50,905 nt of DNA from Geosiphon pyriformis uo1 (taxonomy: Eukaryota; Fungi; Glomeromycota), in assembly GCA_016748015.1 (NCBI GenBank), contig JAAOMT010000333.1:1-50905 (forward strand). Reading direction: 5' to 3'. A model generated the notes under the pieces. It was given only the letters and a program-made list of their open reading frames with translations. It was not told where the DNA came from and did not search any database. Below are positions 50,201 to 50,905 of this stretch, piece by piece. Position 1 is the stretch's first letter; every line of letters begins with the position of its first letter. A program made the position numbers and the translations under genes.

Positions 50201-50472
50201 CAAAGTCTGCAGTAGTATTTGGTGGTGGTGGGCCATTCTTCATTGTCTCTGACACATGTGTCCATAGTGAATAACTTCTTTTCACAATTGATACATATTA
50301 GTCTTGGAGATTGATAAAATAGATTTTTTTGGTCCAAGGTTACATATCCTAGTAATAATGATTGGGGTTCTCCTTTGGCTCTGCCTTTTCCTTTTTCTTC
50401 TCAGATTGGTGGTGGGGGTAGTTCAGTTCAATAATTGTCTGCCCATAAAACCTGATAGATTTCAATAGTTGG
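44203..50472 (-). mobile_element. Gypsy element E3: Cys-rich region, dUTPase, RT, RH, separate IN, ORF3, PPT and 3' LTR (44203-45069)
   Basis: FCVDYWKLN, DLASGY, MSFGLCNAPATFQ, NADSLSR; IN HSDPTVGHF..CDSC, SDQGTYF; PPT aaaaagggagagataa next to TGTTAC. Confidence 0.93.
49097..49500 (-). pseudogene. Trimeric-type dUTPase domain in Gypsy pol
   Basis: All five motifs in order: DASFDL, ASRSSLAKKG, GIINAGYTGNI, KIAQAIF, *GINGFGSSG. Confidence 0.9.
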
Positions 50473-50905
50473 TGTTATGGGTAAACTTGGTGGGTATAGA
50501 AAATGGTAATGTTTGGTACTCTTAATTATTGATGATATGTCTTCCACATAATTCTGTTGGCTTAGTCTTGATTATTAGTCTCTGAAAGTCTATTTCTGGA
50601 TGTGAATTTATCTGTTGAGTTCTTTTGTTATATGACACAGAGTTTGTCTTTTGTTGATTACAATGTTTTCCATAAATATGAGCTTTCTTCTCTGAGCTAA
50701 TAAGCACAGTCATTAGGGTCTGGTGTTGTCTTTTTGCCCTTCTGGTAAGCTAACAAAATAACGTTAATATCCAAAACTTAGGGAGAGCTTCTCTCTTTTA
50801 CCAGGCTATCATGAAGTCTATTCCCAGACAGTCGATTTTACTATGTTGCTGCTCCACAAAAAAAAGAAAAAAAAAAAGAAAAAAAAAGGAAAAAAAAAAA
50901 AAAAA
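50473..50905 (-). repeat. U5 end of another E-type LTR (E4), interrupting the pol region of E3; runs off the window
   Basis: Starts TGTTATGGGTAAACTT; clearly homologous to but diverged from 44203-44630; abuts coding sequence with no PBS. Confidence 0.85.

Noticed and set aside
44203-50905. 44203 and 50473 LTRs as the paired LTRs of one element
   Set aside because: The second abuts mid-pol coding sequence without PBS or gag and is clearly diverged; a nested insertion or deletion junction fits better.

Overview
Eukaryotic (fungal) genomic DNA; gene structure and TE style suggest a Glomeromycotina/Mucoromycota fungus (inference). About 89% is a nest of decayed retroelements around a 5.5-kb CpG-retaining island (~35080-40620) holding two convergent intron-containing genes: an INCENP/Sli15/Pic1-like gene (+) and a kelch beta-propeller gene (-). 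The TE fraction resolves into Ty3/Gypsy elements of three LTR types, which I label A, B and E. One element (B, 2257-10042) is complete, with LTRs, 4-bp TSD, PBS, PPT and a -1 frameshift site. There are also RNase H-bearing LINEs and a TSD-flanked ORF1-only element sharing the LINE 3'UTR. The most novel-looking signal is a shared, complex-retrovirus-like Gypsy architecture: gag / -1 frameshift / PR-(Cys-rich)-(dUTPase)-RT-RH ending in a stop, then a separate integrase ORF, then an accessory ORF3 behind a conserved TATA-like box. The LTRs also carry conserved RNA modules: boxes complementary to the primer tRNA-Met anticodon arm, an anti-PBS segment, and a covarying hairpin with a palindromic loop. 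All repeats show heavy C>T/G>A decay. Coordinates were read by eye; the most decayed boundaries may be off by a few nt.
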